Below are positions 25,416 through 35,200 of a stretch of 42,928 nucleotides of DNA, piece by piece; the first letter of the stretch is position 1, and each line of letters starts with the position of its first letter. The position numbers were made by a program, and so were the translations under genes. The notes beneath the pieces are model-generated. The model was not told the origin of the DNA. It was given only the letters and a program-made list of their open reading frames with translations, and made no database searches. Origin of the DNA: Sphingobacteriales bacterium (GTDB lineage Bacteria; Bacteroidota; Bacteroidia; Chitinophagales; Saprospiraceae); assembly GCA_900299495.1 (NCBI GenBank), contig OMKD01000127.1:1-42928 (forward strand), in the 5' to 3' direction.

Positions 25416-25721
25416 ATGAGAAAGTCAAAAGTAAATATTGACAACGATAAACTACAAGACGCTGCTGAAATTCTTCGAGCGATCAATCACAAGCTAAGGA
25501 TGCAAATCCTGGAGTTTATTGATCAGAATGAGAAGATAAATGTTAATAAGATATACAATACCCTTAATCTTGAACAGTCAATCACTTCTCAGCATCTTAG
25601 AATCCTAAGAAAAGCTGGTGTTGTTGATACTCAACGAGATGGTAAGTTTATCTATTATGAGATAAACTATGATAGAGTTAATCAGTCAATCGAAGCCATC
25701 GATCGTTTTTTAGCTGAATAA
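25416..25721 (+). CDS. ArsR/SmtB-type winged-helix regulator, cysteine-free (paralog 2)
   Basis: LRAINHKLRMQILEFIDQNEKINVNKIYNTLNLEQSITSQHLRILRKAGVV...GKFIYYEI. Preceded by AGGAG (25405-25409) 6 nt before the ATG. Confidence 0.85.
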   Translation: MRKSKVNIDNDKLQDAAEILRAINHKLRMQILEFIDQNEKINVNKIYNTLNLEQSITSQHLRILRKAGVVDTQRDGKFIYYEINYDRVNQSIEAIDRFLAE

Positions 25722-25743
25722 TATTCAAGTGAAACCTAAGGAA

Positions 25744-26421
25744 TTATTCGGAGGCTTCCTCTTGGGAGGTTGTAGTCTCCTCTGTTCCTTTTGGTTCTTC
25801 ATGTGACTTGAAGTAGTTGAAATTAAACGCTATCAAGTTGAACACACCTATTGAAATTGCAGCATCTGCAACATTGAAAATAGGTTTGAAGAATTCTACA
25901 TGTTCACCACCAATGAAAGGCATCCAATCGGGAGCAGCTCCATTTATTATAGGAAAGTGAAACATATCCACTACTCTACCGTGGAGAAATCCTGCATAGC
26001 CTGAAACGTCGGGGTTTCCTATGGTCCATTGTGCAGGTTCAGAAAAAAGAGATTCATTAAAGATTAGCCCGTAGAAGGCTGAGTCTATCATGTTTCCTAT
26101 TGCACCAGCGAGTATAAGTACGAAACAGGAAACCAATCTGAATCCAAAACCTTCTTTTATTAGTTGTTTGATGTAGACAAAAAGCAGACTTATTGCTACT
26201 ATTCGGAAGAGACTTAAAAGTAGTTTTCCATAGGTCCAGTCTATCTCCCATCCAAACGCCATGCCTTTGTTTTCTACAAAATGAAGTCTAGCCCAATCAA
26301 GACCTAATAGAAAGGTGATTTGATTGTATGTATAATTCGTTTTTATATAAATCTTAAGTAATTGATCAATTAAAAGAACAACGAGAATAAGGATCAACGA
26401 CTTTTTAGTAATATTATTCAT
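25744..26421 (-). CDS. lspA: lipoprotein signal peptidase (signal peptidase II)
   Basis: LspA blocks NKGMAFG and FNVADAAISIGV, with four TM segments. It has a longer than usual insertion and an acidic C-terminal tail. Confidence 0.9.
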   Translation of the reverse strand: MNNITKKSLILILVVLLIDQLLKIYIKTNYTYNQITFLLGLDWARLHFVENKGMAFGWEIDWTYGKLLLSLFRIVAISLLFVYIKQLIKEGFGFRLVSCFVLILAGAIGNMIDSAFYGLIFNESLFSEPAQWTIGNPDVSGYAGFLHGRVVDMFHFPIINGAAPDWMPFIGGEHVEFFKPIFNVADAAISIGVFNLIAFNFNYFKSHEEPKGTEETTTSQEEASE

Positions 26422-26539
26422 TTAATCGTTATTGAATTTGTATACCTCCGATTAGACAAATCAGACAAACTTGTAATGGAGATGTTCAAAAGCTCCAAAT
26501 TAAGTAAATAATAGAAGAAGTTTTATCTAAGAAAGTCAG

Positions 26540-26905
26540 TTAGTGAGATTTTTTTGCTTCTATGCTTAAAGTGGCGTGAGGTACAGCCATTAGTCTTTCT
26601 TTGGAAATCAACTTTCCAGTTTCTCTGCAAATACCGTAAACCTTATTAATTATTCTTTGCTTTGCGTTTTCAAGGTGCTTAATGTACTTCGACTGCCTTG
26701 CAGCAAGCATATTGATATTCTCCGTTTCGAAGGTCTCGGCGCTATTGTCGTAGCCCCTAAGTTTGGCATCTCCACTTAGACTTTTATCCTGAAGTTGGTT
26801 TTTATAAAAATCGTAAAGTTTATATGCTTCTTCCAGCTTTTTATCAATCAATGATTCAAACTCAGCCAGCTCTAGGTCAGTGTATCTTGTTTTTTCCATG
26901 TACAA
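26540..26905 (-). CDS. DksA/TraR-family protein with a degenerate zinc finger
   Basis: A coiled-coil N-terminal region is followed by KVYGICRETGKLISKERLMAVPHATLSIEAK, a single-Cys version of the C4 finger. An alternative start at MEKTRY is at 26899. Confidence 0.85.
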   Translation of the reverse strand: MYMEKTRYTDLELAEFESLIDKKLEEAYKLYDFYKNQLQDKSLSGDAKLRGYDNSAETFETENINMLAARQSKYIKHLENAKQRIINKVYGICRETGKLISKERLMAVPHATLSIEAKKSH

Positions 26906-26944
26906 GAATTATTTACAATAGGATGTTACAGAATAAAATATCGA

Positions 26945-26952
26945 CAAATATA
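26945..26952 (-). promoter_or_regulatory. candidate -7 box (TATATTTG on the minus strand) for the dksA-like/lspA unit
   Basis: Exact TAnnTTTG match about 40-46 nt upstream of the dksA-like start. Confidence 0.35.
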
Positions 26953-27010
26953 AAAAAATTAGTCGATTAGCATGAAAAAAAAGGATACATGAAGTATAGT
27001 TTTGATAGCA

Positions 27011-28102
27011 TTAATTCTGTGGAAGGTCTTTTAACTCGTTTTTGTTCTCCATATCAGCCTTGATATTTGATTTTTTAAGCGGATTCGCTGAGTCCTCTTT
27101 GAATTGAACTCTTGATCTGTGAATATCTATCGCTTTGAATATTGCATAGCGGAACGAACTTGGGTCGGCCATATCCTGTCCTGCAATGTCAAATCCGGTC
27201 CCATGATCAGGTGAAGTTCTAATAACAGGAAGACCTGCTGTAAAATTAGTGCTATTATTAAAGCTAAGCGTTTTGAATGGAACAAGCCCTTGGTCGTGAT
27301 ACATGGCTAAAATACCATCAAAATTCCTGAATTTGCCTGAGCCAAAGAATCCATCAGCAGGGAAAGGTCCCATCACTAACATGTTTTGCTTTTTGGCTTC
27401 TACTATCGCCGGACGGATGATTTCTATTTCTTCATTACCTATGCTTCCTTCATCTCCTGCGTGTGGATTTAATCCCAAAACAGCTATGGTGGGTCTTTCA
27501 AAGCCAAAATCCATCTTAAGACTTTCATTCATGATCTTAAGTTTCTTGAGGATTGTTTCTTTTTTAATGTTTTGTGCTACCTGAGAAAGAGGAAGATGAT
27601 TGGTTACTAAGCCAACCTTAAGACCTTCTGAGGTCATCAACATTAATTGTTGATTATCTTGGAATTGATCAGCAAAATACTCGGTATGTCCTGGGTATTG
27701 AAATCCGGCTAGTTGCATAGCCTTTTTATTTATCGGAGCGGTAACGATAACATCGATATTACCTTCTTTAATGTCTTTAACGGCATGTTCCAGAGAAAGC
27801 ATAGCATACTTTCCACCATCTTCATTGAGTGTTCCCAGATTGATGTTAACATTCTCCTGCCAACAATTGAAGATGTTTATTTTGTCTTCGTATAGCCTGT
27901 TCGTGGATTTTACTGATTGGTATGAGATGTTTATGTCATTTATGATGTTCTTATGATAGGAAACAACTTTTGTAGAACCGTAAATAACTGGAGTTATATT
28001 CTTTGAGACCATTGGGTTGCTTAGCGTTTTCAAAATGACTTCCAGACCAATACCATTAATATCTCCAATAGTTATTCCAACCTTGACTTTTTTCATTCTC
28101 AT
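27011..28102 (-). CDS. pdxA: 4-hydroxythreonine-4-phosphate dehydrogenase
   Basis: Blocks GITIGDINGIGLEV, HTEYF, NPHAGDEG and SPDHGTGFDIAG. An alternative start exists at 28096. Confidence 0.92.
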   Translation of the reverse strand: MRMKKVKVGITIGDINGIGLEVILKTLSNPMVSKNITPVIYGSTKVVSYHKNIINDINISYQSVKSTNRLYEDKINIFNCWQENVNINLGTLNEDGGKYAMLSLEHAVKDIKEGNIDVIVTAPINKKAMQLAGFQYPGHTEYFADQFQDNQQLMLMTSEGLKVGLVTNHLPLSQVAQNIKKETILKKLKIMNESLKMDFGFERPTIAVLGLNPHAGDEGSIGNEEIEIIRPAIVEAKKQNMLVMGPFPADGFFGSGKFRNFDGILAMYHDQGLVPFKTLSFNNSTNFTAGLPVIRTSPDHGTGFDIAGQDMADPSSFRYAIFKAIDIHRSRVQFKEDSANPLKKSNIKADMENKNELKDLPQN

Positions 28103-28266
28103 ACATTTAGTAATTATACAATGTATTATAGTTAAGTATATTCAGCAGTAAATAATTCCAAAGTTTATTTACAGGACAATTGAAATTTACTCTACCCCGA
28201 ACTAACAATATACTTAATTTATATTGTAAGTAATTATACCTTTGTGAGGATTTAATTTATAAAAAC

Positions 28267-29043
28267 ATGAGCTTGAAGGCGAAGAAATCATTTGGACAAC
28301 ATTTTTTAGTGCAGGATTCAATTGCATCCAATATAGCTGAAAGCTTAAAGCTGACTGCAGAGACGGGTAAGGTTTTGGAGATAGGTCCAGGTATGGGTAT
28401 GCTTACCAAGTTTTTAATCGAAAAGGATTACGAACTTAAAGTTGTTGAGGCGGATAGGGACATGGTCGCTTATATTTCAGAACATTTTCCTACACTTAAA
28501 GAGCGCATAATTTTTGAGGACTTTTTGAAGGTTAACCTTTTTAAAGTGTACAATGGTGATCCTTTCTGCCTGATTGGTAACTTTCCTTATAATATTAGTT
28601 CACAAATTATTTTCAAGACTATCGATCATATGGATATTATTCCGGAAATGGTTGGTATGTTTCAATTGGAAATGGCAGAACGAGTAGCTACAAAGGAAGG
28701 ATCCAAAACCTACGGAGTAATTAGTGTTCTTACTCAGGCATTCTTTGATGTCGAATTCTTATTTAAGGTGAAGAAAGGATCGTTTAACCCTCCACCAAAG
28801 GTAGAATCAGCTGTAATTCGCTTGAAGAGAAGAGAAACGCCAAGAATAGAGTGTAGTTATAAAACTTTCCGTACTATTGTTAAGTTATCTTTCAGTCAGC
28901 GACGTAAAATGCTGAGAAATACATTGAAAGGAATGGTCAAGAACAAAGAAATTCTTTCTGAACCGGTATTTTCAAAAAGACCAGAGATGCTTAGTGTAGA
29001 AGAGTTTTCGGATTTGACTAAACTTATACTTGAAAATAATTAA
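28267..29043 (+). CDS. rsmA: 16S rRNA (adenine1518/1519-N6)-dimethyltransferase
   Basis: KKSFGQHFL, SAM-binding VLEIGPGMGMLT, and GNFPYNISS. Confidence 0.93.
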   Translation: MSLKAKKSFGQHFLVQDSIASNIAESLKLTAETGKVLEIGPGMGMLTKFLIEKDYELKVVEADRDMVAYISEHFPTLKERIIFEDFLKVNLFKVYNGDPFCLIGNFPYNISSQIIFKTIDHMDIIPEMVGMFQLEMAERVATKEGSKTYGVISVLTQAFFDVEFLFKVKKGSFNPPPKVESAVIRLKRRETPRIECSYKTFRTIVKLSFSQRRKMLRNTLKGMVKNKEILSEPVFSKRPEMLSVEEFSDLTKLILENN

Positions 29044-29057
29044 TCCTAAAGATTGAT

Positions 29058-29504
29058 ATGGGACTAGAAGCACAAATAATGACAGATATTAAGGCTGCTA
29101 TGAAAGCAAAAGACAAAGCTGCCTTAAGAGGACTAAGAGCTATCAAACAAGCATTTTTGTTAGCTAAAACAGATGGTTCTGGAAATGAACTATCGGAAGC
29201 AGATGAAATTAAGATGTTGCAAAAATTGGTAAAGCAACGTAACGAATCTATAAAAATCTTTACCGAGCAGTCTAGAACGGATTTAGCTGCTGCTGAACAG
29301 GAAGAAGTAGATGTAATTATGAATTACCTGCCTAAGCAGATGAGTGAAGATGAATTGAGAACCTTTGTTCAAGCAAAGATAGAAGCTTTGGGTGCAAGCT
29401 CTATGAAAGATATGGGTAAAGTAATGGGCGCTTCCTCTAAAGAATTGGCCGGTAAGGCAGATGGAGCAGTACTTAGCAAAATTGTTAAGGAGCTATTGTC
29501 CTAA
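29058..29504 (+). CDS. GatB/YqeY domain-containing protein
   Basis: 148 aa. IKAAMKAKDKAALRGLRAIK...YLPKQMSEDEL is typical of YqeY. Confidence 0.88.
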   Translation: MGLEAQIMTDIKAAMKAKDKAALRGLRAIKQAFLLAKTDGSGNELSEADEIKMLQKLVKQRNESIKIFTEQSRTDLAAAEQEEVDVIMNYLPKQMSEDELRTFVQAKIEALGASSMKDMGKVMGASSKELAGKADGAVLSKIVKELLS

Positions 29505-29506
29505 AT

Positions 29507-29538
29507 AAAAAGGGAGTTGAATTTCAACTCCCTTTTTT
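29507..29538. terminator. bidirectional rho-independent terminator between convergent genes
   Basis: A5, stem GGGAGTTGA (29512-29520), loop ATT, stem TCAACTCCC (29524-29532), then T6. The T-run overlaps the minus-strand stop at 29537-29539. Confidence 0.85.
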
Positions 29539-30184
29539 ATGCGGTTTTAATTATTGTCTGTTCTTTTCTTGTAGAAATAATTCGATCTGAAGTGAATCCC
29601 ATCAACTTTAGACTTTCTAATGTTTTAGGTAAAACGTACTTCAATTTTTCCAAAGCCTTTAGGCTATCATGAAATACAATAATAGCTCCTGGTTGGATAT
29701 TGGAGACCACATTCTGAAGACACATTTCCTTACTCAAGGCTGGATCAAAATCTCCACTCAACAAGGACCACATGATGATATCATAATGTCTTTGAATAAA
29801 TTGAGCCTGTTTAGGTTTAATTCTTCCATATGGAGGTCTGAACAAGTTACTGTTCACTAGGTGCGCACATCTTCTAATGTTGTGGAAGTATTTAATATTT
29901 TCAGTAGTCCAGCCATTCAGGTGGTTATAGGTATGATTACCTATAGTGTGACCCTCATCCAGTATTCTGTCATAGATTTCCGAATGTTTAAGCACGTTTT
30001 CACCAACACAAAAGAAGCTAGCTTTAAAATTATATTCTTTTAAAAGATCCAATACCCAAGGTGTTACTTCTGGGATTGGTCCGTCATCAAAGGTTAAGAA
30101 AACCTTTTTCTCAGAAACGGGAATCGACCATTTGAAATTGGGAAACAGATTCTGAATAAGTCTGGGCGTTTTTACTAAATACAT
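29537..30184 (-). CDS. polysaccharide deacetylase (CE4/NodB) family protein
   Basis: NodB motifs FLTFDDGP and GNHTYNH, plus RPPYG. Confidence 0.9.
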   Translation of the reverse strand: MYLVKTPRLIQNLFPNFKWSIPVSEKKVFLTFDDGPIPEVTPWVLDLLKEYNFKASFFCVGENVLKHSEIYDRILDEGHTIGNHTYNHLNGWTTENIKYFHNIRRCAHLVNSNLFRPPYGRIKPKQAQFIQRHYDIIMWSLLSGDFDPALSKEMCLQNVVSNIQPGAIIVFHDSLKALEKLKYVLPKTLESLKLMGFTSDRIISTRKEQTIIKTA

Positions 30185-30235
30185 TTATTTATAGTCGGAG
30201 TATTGTTATTAAATTTTTTATGCCCAAAAAAGAAT

Positions 30236-30243
30236 TTATTTTT
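30236..30243 (+). promoter_or_regulatory. candidate -7 box (TATTTTTG) for gltX
   Basis: Exact TAnnTTTG match 67 nt upstream of the ATG at 30310. Confidence 0.3.
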
Positions 30244-30309
30244 GTGCTACAATTTAATAACGCAAGTTAGTGAAATTTCGCTGCTTTGCTTTTAAATAAT
30301 TATTATACA

Positions 30310-31848
30310 ATGGAAAACTGTAGAGTTCGTTTTGCTCCAAGTCCTACGGGAGCGCTACATATTGGCGGTGTTCGTACTGCTTTATATAACTACTTACTTG
30401 CAAAAAAATTGGGAGGTACTTTTATTTTAAGAATTGAAGATACCGACCAAACACGCTACGTGCCTGGTGCAGAGGATTATATTCTGGAAGCCTTGTCTTG
30501 GTTAGATATTAGACTGGATGAAGGACCTGGTGTAGGTGGAGATTATGGACCTTATCGTCAGTCTGAGCGTGAATCCATGTATAAAGAATATGCAATAAAG
30601 CTAGTGGAGAATGGTCACGCTTATTATGCCTTTGATACTCCTGAAGAGCTGGATGAGCGAAGAAATGCAGAGAAAGCAAAGGGAAATCATAATTTCAAAT
30701 ATGATCATTCTGTTCGTAAGGAGATGCGCAATAGTTTAACTATTGATGCAGATGAAGTTAAGCGTATGCTGGAGTATGGGACGCCATATACTATTCGTCT
30801 TATGGTTCCAACAGACGAAACAGTGGCTTTCAATGATATTATTCGCTCGGACGTTAAGTTTAGCTCTAATGAATTGGATGATAAGGTAATGCTTAAGGCT
30901 GACGGTATGCCAACCTATCACCTAGCTAATGTTGTGGATGATTATCTAATGAAAATAACACATGTGATTCGTGGAGAAGAATGGTTACCTTCTACAGCAC
31001 ATCACGTTTTATTGTATAAATTTTTAGGTTGGGAGGATGCTATGCCTCAATTTGCGCACTTGCCTCTAATCCTAAAGCCTACAGGTAACGGTAAATTAAG
31101 TAAGAGAGATGGAGCAAAACTGGGTATTCCTGTATTCCCTCTTTCTTGGGATTCAGAAAAAGAAGAAGATTCATTCAAAGGGTTCAGAGAGTTCGGATTC
31201 CTTCCGGAGGCAGTTTTGAATTTCCTTGCCTTTTTGGGGTGGAATCCTGGAACAGAAGAAGAATTTTTCAGACTGGATGATTTAATACAAGCTTTTGATC
31301 TTAATAAAGTGAGCAAAGGTGGAGCAAGGTTTGATTTTGACAAGGCAAAATGGTTCAATCAGCAATATATCATTAACAGTGATACGAACACATTACTTGG
31401 GCTTGTGAGGCCTTTAGCAGATGCAAAGCAAATCGATTGTACAGATGAATATTTGTCAAAATGTATCGATTTGATGAAAGAAAGAGTGCAGTTTTTGCCT
31501 GATTTTCTTGAAGTTGGTTATTATTTGTTTGAAAAAGTTCGTAATTATGAAGAGAAACCAATTCGAAAAAAATGGAAACCAGAGCAAAGACCAATGTTTG
31601 AAGAGCTACTGGAAGACTTGTTAAGTCTAGAGAATTTCGAATCGGCTTCTATCGAAACCAGCATAAAAACCTTTATGGCCAAATATGAACTTGGTTTCGG
31701 AAATGTACTTCCTTTCCTAAGAATCGGGATGGCAGGGACCATGAAAGGTCCTGGAGTTTTTGAGATGATGGAGCTTCTTGGAAAAGATGAGGTTAAAGAA
31801 AGAATGACAACAGCCTATACTGCCTTTGATGGCATTAAAGCTGGTTAA
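30310..31848 (+). CDS. gltX: glutamate--tRNA ligase
   Basis: The HIGH region is RFAPSPTGALHIGG and the KMSKS equivalent is KLSKRDG. The start is taken at MENCRVRF; the track TTG start at 30286 is rejected. Confidence 0.95.
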   Translation: MENCRVRFAPSPTGALHIGGVRTALYNYLLAKKLGGTFILRIEDTDQTRYVPGAEDYILEALSWLDIRLDEGPGVGGDYGPYRQSERESMYKEYAIKLVENGHAYYAFDTPEELDERRNAEKAKGNHNFKYDHSVRKEMRNSLTIDADEVKRMLEYGTPYTIRLMVPTDETVAFNDIIRSDVKFSSNELDDKVMLKADGMPTYHLANVVDDYLMKITHVIRGEEWLPSTAHHVLLYKFLGWEDAMPQFAHLPLILKPTGNGKLSKRDGAKLGIPVFPLSWDSEKEEDSFKGFREFGFLPEAVLNFLAFLGWNPGTEEEFFRLDDLIQAFDLNKVSKGGARFDFDKAKWFNQQYIINSDTNTLLGLVRPLADAKQIDCTDEYLSKCIDLMKERVQFLPDFLEVGYYLFEKVRNYEEKPIRKKWKPEQRPMFEELLEDLLSLENFESASIETSIKTFMAKYELGFGNVLPFLRIGMAGTMKGPGVFEMMELLGKDEVKERMTTAYTAFDGIKAG

Positions 31849-31878
31849 AATAATTTTTTGCCAAGAAAAATTCCCAAC

Positions 31879-32058
31879 ATGAAAAAGGACGATATTAAAG
31901 AAGACGAGAAGAAAAAATCAGGTTTTCAAATTCGTATAAATAAGTTTGGGCAGGTGGAGCTGAATCAGGAAATTGATCAGCTCAATACCTATCTGAATGA
32001 TAATGTTGAAGATAAGAAGCTGGTAGGGCGTAAGGATCCTTACGCAAAGAAGAAATAA
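31879..32058 (+). CDS. small, highly charged hypothetical protein (59 aa)
   Basis: ATG lies 30 nt after the gltX stop. The translation is MKKDDIKEDEKKKSGFQIRINKFGQVELNQEIDQLNTYLND...KDPYAKKK. There is no family signal, and coding status is uncertain. Confidence 0.4.
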   Translation: MKKDDIKEDEKKKSGFQIRINKFGQVELNQEIDQLNTYLNDNVEDKKLVGRKDPYAKKK

Positions 32059-32247
32059 GTATAGAGAGTCACATCAAACTATCTCGCCAAAATTGTCCTA
32101 ACCAAAAATCGGTATTTGATTTTTAAAGGATCCCTTTTGCAACCTAATGTGTAAAGCTGGAGGCATTTACTGAAGCAGAATTTATTTACTTTCTGAAAAA
32201 TAGAAGTAATATTTATACCTAGTTCTTATAACGTGGAATGGCCGAGT

Positions 32248-32265
32248 ATTCACATTTTTGTGAAT
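32248..32265. promoter_or_regulatory. perfect 7-bp inverted repeat 20 nt upstream of the giant adhesin start codon
   Basis: ATTCACA-TTTT-TGTGAAT. This could be a 5'-UTR hairpin or a protein-binding palindrome. Confidence 0.3.
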
Positions 32266-32284
32266 CTCGTTTAGATTGATATAC

Positions 32285-35200
32285 ATGAGTGTCCAAAATC
32301 GATTTCTATTAGTACTACTCTTACTGGTAAGTATGACTTTCAATTCACTGAAAGCTCAATTCTCTATTGAATATATGGGATTTACTGAGTTTTATTTGGA
32401 TTCAAATTGCTCAGATATTTTTGATTTGGGTGGTGTTTTGCCCACTGTCAGTTCTACCGTTCCGGGAGCTGTAATTACTGTAGATTCATTAGATACAGGT
32501 CTTACAGGCTATGCATTGAATGATATTATTATTGGGCAAGACACTATAGATGTTTATTTCCGGTATGAAGATGATCAGAACAATGACAGTTTGTTTGTTT
32601 TTCAAGTATTTTTCTTAGATACCATTCCTCCTGTGCTTCAACTGGAAAGAGATACTGTCTACCTGCTATGTGAAAACGAATTACCAGAATTGTCGAGTTA
32701 TATTGTTGAGGATAATTGTGATGTAGCCGGAGGAACAGTTCTGATCTATGATCCCTTACAGACTTTGCCCGAGTACAATTGTGGAACTGCTCAAATTGAG
32801 GTTACTAGTTATATTTATGCAGTAGATTTCTATGGGAATCAGGATACATTGATTCAGACCGTTTTTATGGGCACTGATACAGTAGCTCCTACGGCGATTG
32901 TTCCAAATGATACCATCATTAATTGTATCGATGATTTAGACGCCTTATTAGCTATTGGGCTAACTGATAGTTATGATAATTGCGGCTCATCAAACTTTTC
33001 TATTGATACTTCATCTCAGATTACAAGTGGTAGCTGCTCCAATGATCTTACATACAAAAGATATTGGACATTAATTGATTCTTGTGGAAATGTAACTGTA
33101 GATTCTCAGATGATTACCATAGTGGATGATTTACCACCTGTATTTAATAGTCCATTGGATACATTAGTTAATTGTGGTACGGATATGGATCCTTCCTCTT
33201 TAGGCAGCCCTTCCACTATTTTTGATGAATGTTCTGGTGTATTTGAAGTTCAGTACCAGGATGTATTTGATACTTTAAATTGTCCAGATTTATATTTGTT
33301 GACAAGAATCTGGACAGTTTCTGATAGTTGTCAAAATATTGCTCTGGATACACAGCACATACAAATTATAGACACATTGGCTCCTTTATTTACAGATCCA
33401 TTGATTGATAGTATTTACCTACAATGCAATCAATTGGATTCATTGGATGCTATAGTAGGACCTTTTGACCTAACAGATGAGTGTACTGGTTTTAATACAG
33501 ACACTATAGATTTAATAATTAATCAAACATGTACTAATACCTATGAAATAGAACGCACTTTTTTCGTGGAAGATGAATGTTCAAATAGAGATAGTACAAA
33601 GGTCTGGATTTTTGTTACAGATTCTATTGCTCCTATAATTACAACCGCAGGGTCGGATTTGACGGTATCCTGTACCTCAGGAGTAAATTTAGATTCTATT
33701 TTTCAAGCTTGGATTAATAATCACGCTGGAGCTACAGCGGCTGACGCCTGTAGTCAAGCTCAGGATTTAACGTGGGCGGTATTTAATTCTGGTACTTCTA
33801 ACCCTGCCATATTGGATGCATTTTCTTGTGATATTACTGCTGGAGTCTTGCTAGATCAATCTATAGACTTTGTTGTAGAGGATGAATGTGGCAATCAAAG
33901 ATTGTTTACAAGGAATTTTATCTTAACAGATACCGAGGAGCCGATTATTACATTTTGTGGTGAAGATATTGTTGAGATTGCTGAACCTGGTATTTGTGGT
34001 GCAACTGTAAATTTGCCTGCTCCATTTGCCATGGACGAATGTCAATCAAGAGATACGATCATAAATGTGTCGCAGCTTGAAAATTTGCTATCCAATGGTG
34101 ATCCACAATCTATACTTTTTGATTTAGCTTTTTCTATAGCTGTTCCTAATACTAGTGTAAGTCCTACTAGTGATATTACCCTTGAGATCTTACTTGAAAA
34201 TGTGGATGCTGAAGGCCCTGAGGAATTTATGACTATACTAGGTGAGGACGGCACCCAATTAGGGATTACTGCAGCTGCAGATATGCAATGTGGTACCTCT
34301 TTAACACAGCTCACTATTCCAATGCTCCAATACATAGATTGGGCCATTGATGGAACGATCCAGATTACCTTGCAACCCAATATTCCAGCTAACCTTATCG
34401 ATGGAATAAATCCGATATGCCCTGTTCAGCCAACTGCCAGTATTTCATTGAATTATAATGCTACTTTCAGCGAGGACTTAAGTTATTCTTTTTCCTTGAA
34501 TAATATGGATTATGAGTTAATCGATGCTTCAGGAATTGGCAGTGCATTTTTTGAGGTAGGAATGCATACAGTAAGCTTTAGAGTCGAAGATTGTGTTGCA
34601 AATGTTACAACTTGCACAAACACTATAGAAATAATTGATACAGAGGCTCCAACGCTAAGTTGTGCGCCCAACAAAGAAGTATTTTTACCTGCGGACAGTT
34701 GTCAAATAGAGACAGTTTTAGACTTACCTCTTAATATTGAGGACAATTGTAGCCCAGGAATATTGAATATCGTTAGTAGCGATAATCAGTTCATTCCATA
34801 TACGCTTAATTCAAATCTCGGGGTATACGTAGCGGATACTGTTTTGATAAGTTTTGAAGGAATATCCTCTAACCAAACAGGTACAGCTAATCTTCAGATA
34901 AATCTATTGGGAGATGTTGACCAAGCTGGAGAATACTTTACTGTTATGACAACGGATGGGTCAATAATAGGAACAACCGAAATAGGTGGAACAAATGTAA
35001 CTTCAGGTTCTTGTTCGGAAGCATCCTTTATTGAATTACCTATTGATGAAAATATTATTCAATCAAACCTAAGTGGAGGTATTCTTACTCTTCAATTGAT
35101 TTCAAATAATCCATTTATACCAGGCAGTGATGCAAATGGCATTAACCCTTGCGACTCTCTTTTATTGATAAATGGAGTGCAAATTGATTCTGTTTCTGAG

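Noticed and set aside
32059-32247. Possible riboswitch or ncRNA in the 217-nt leader of the giant adhesin gene
   Set aside because: Apart from the short palindrome at 32248-32265, I could not find conserved riboswitch cores or multi-stem structure. No claim is made without a covariance-model scan.
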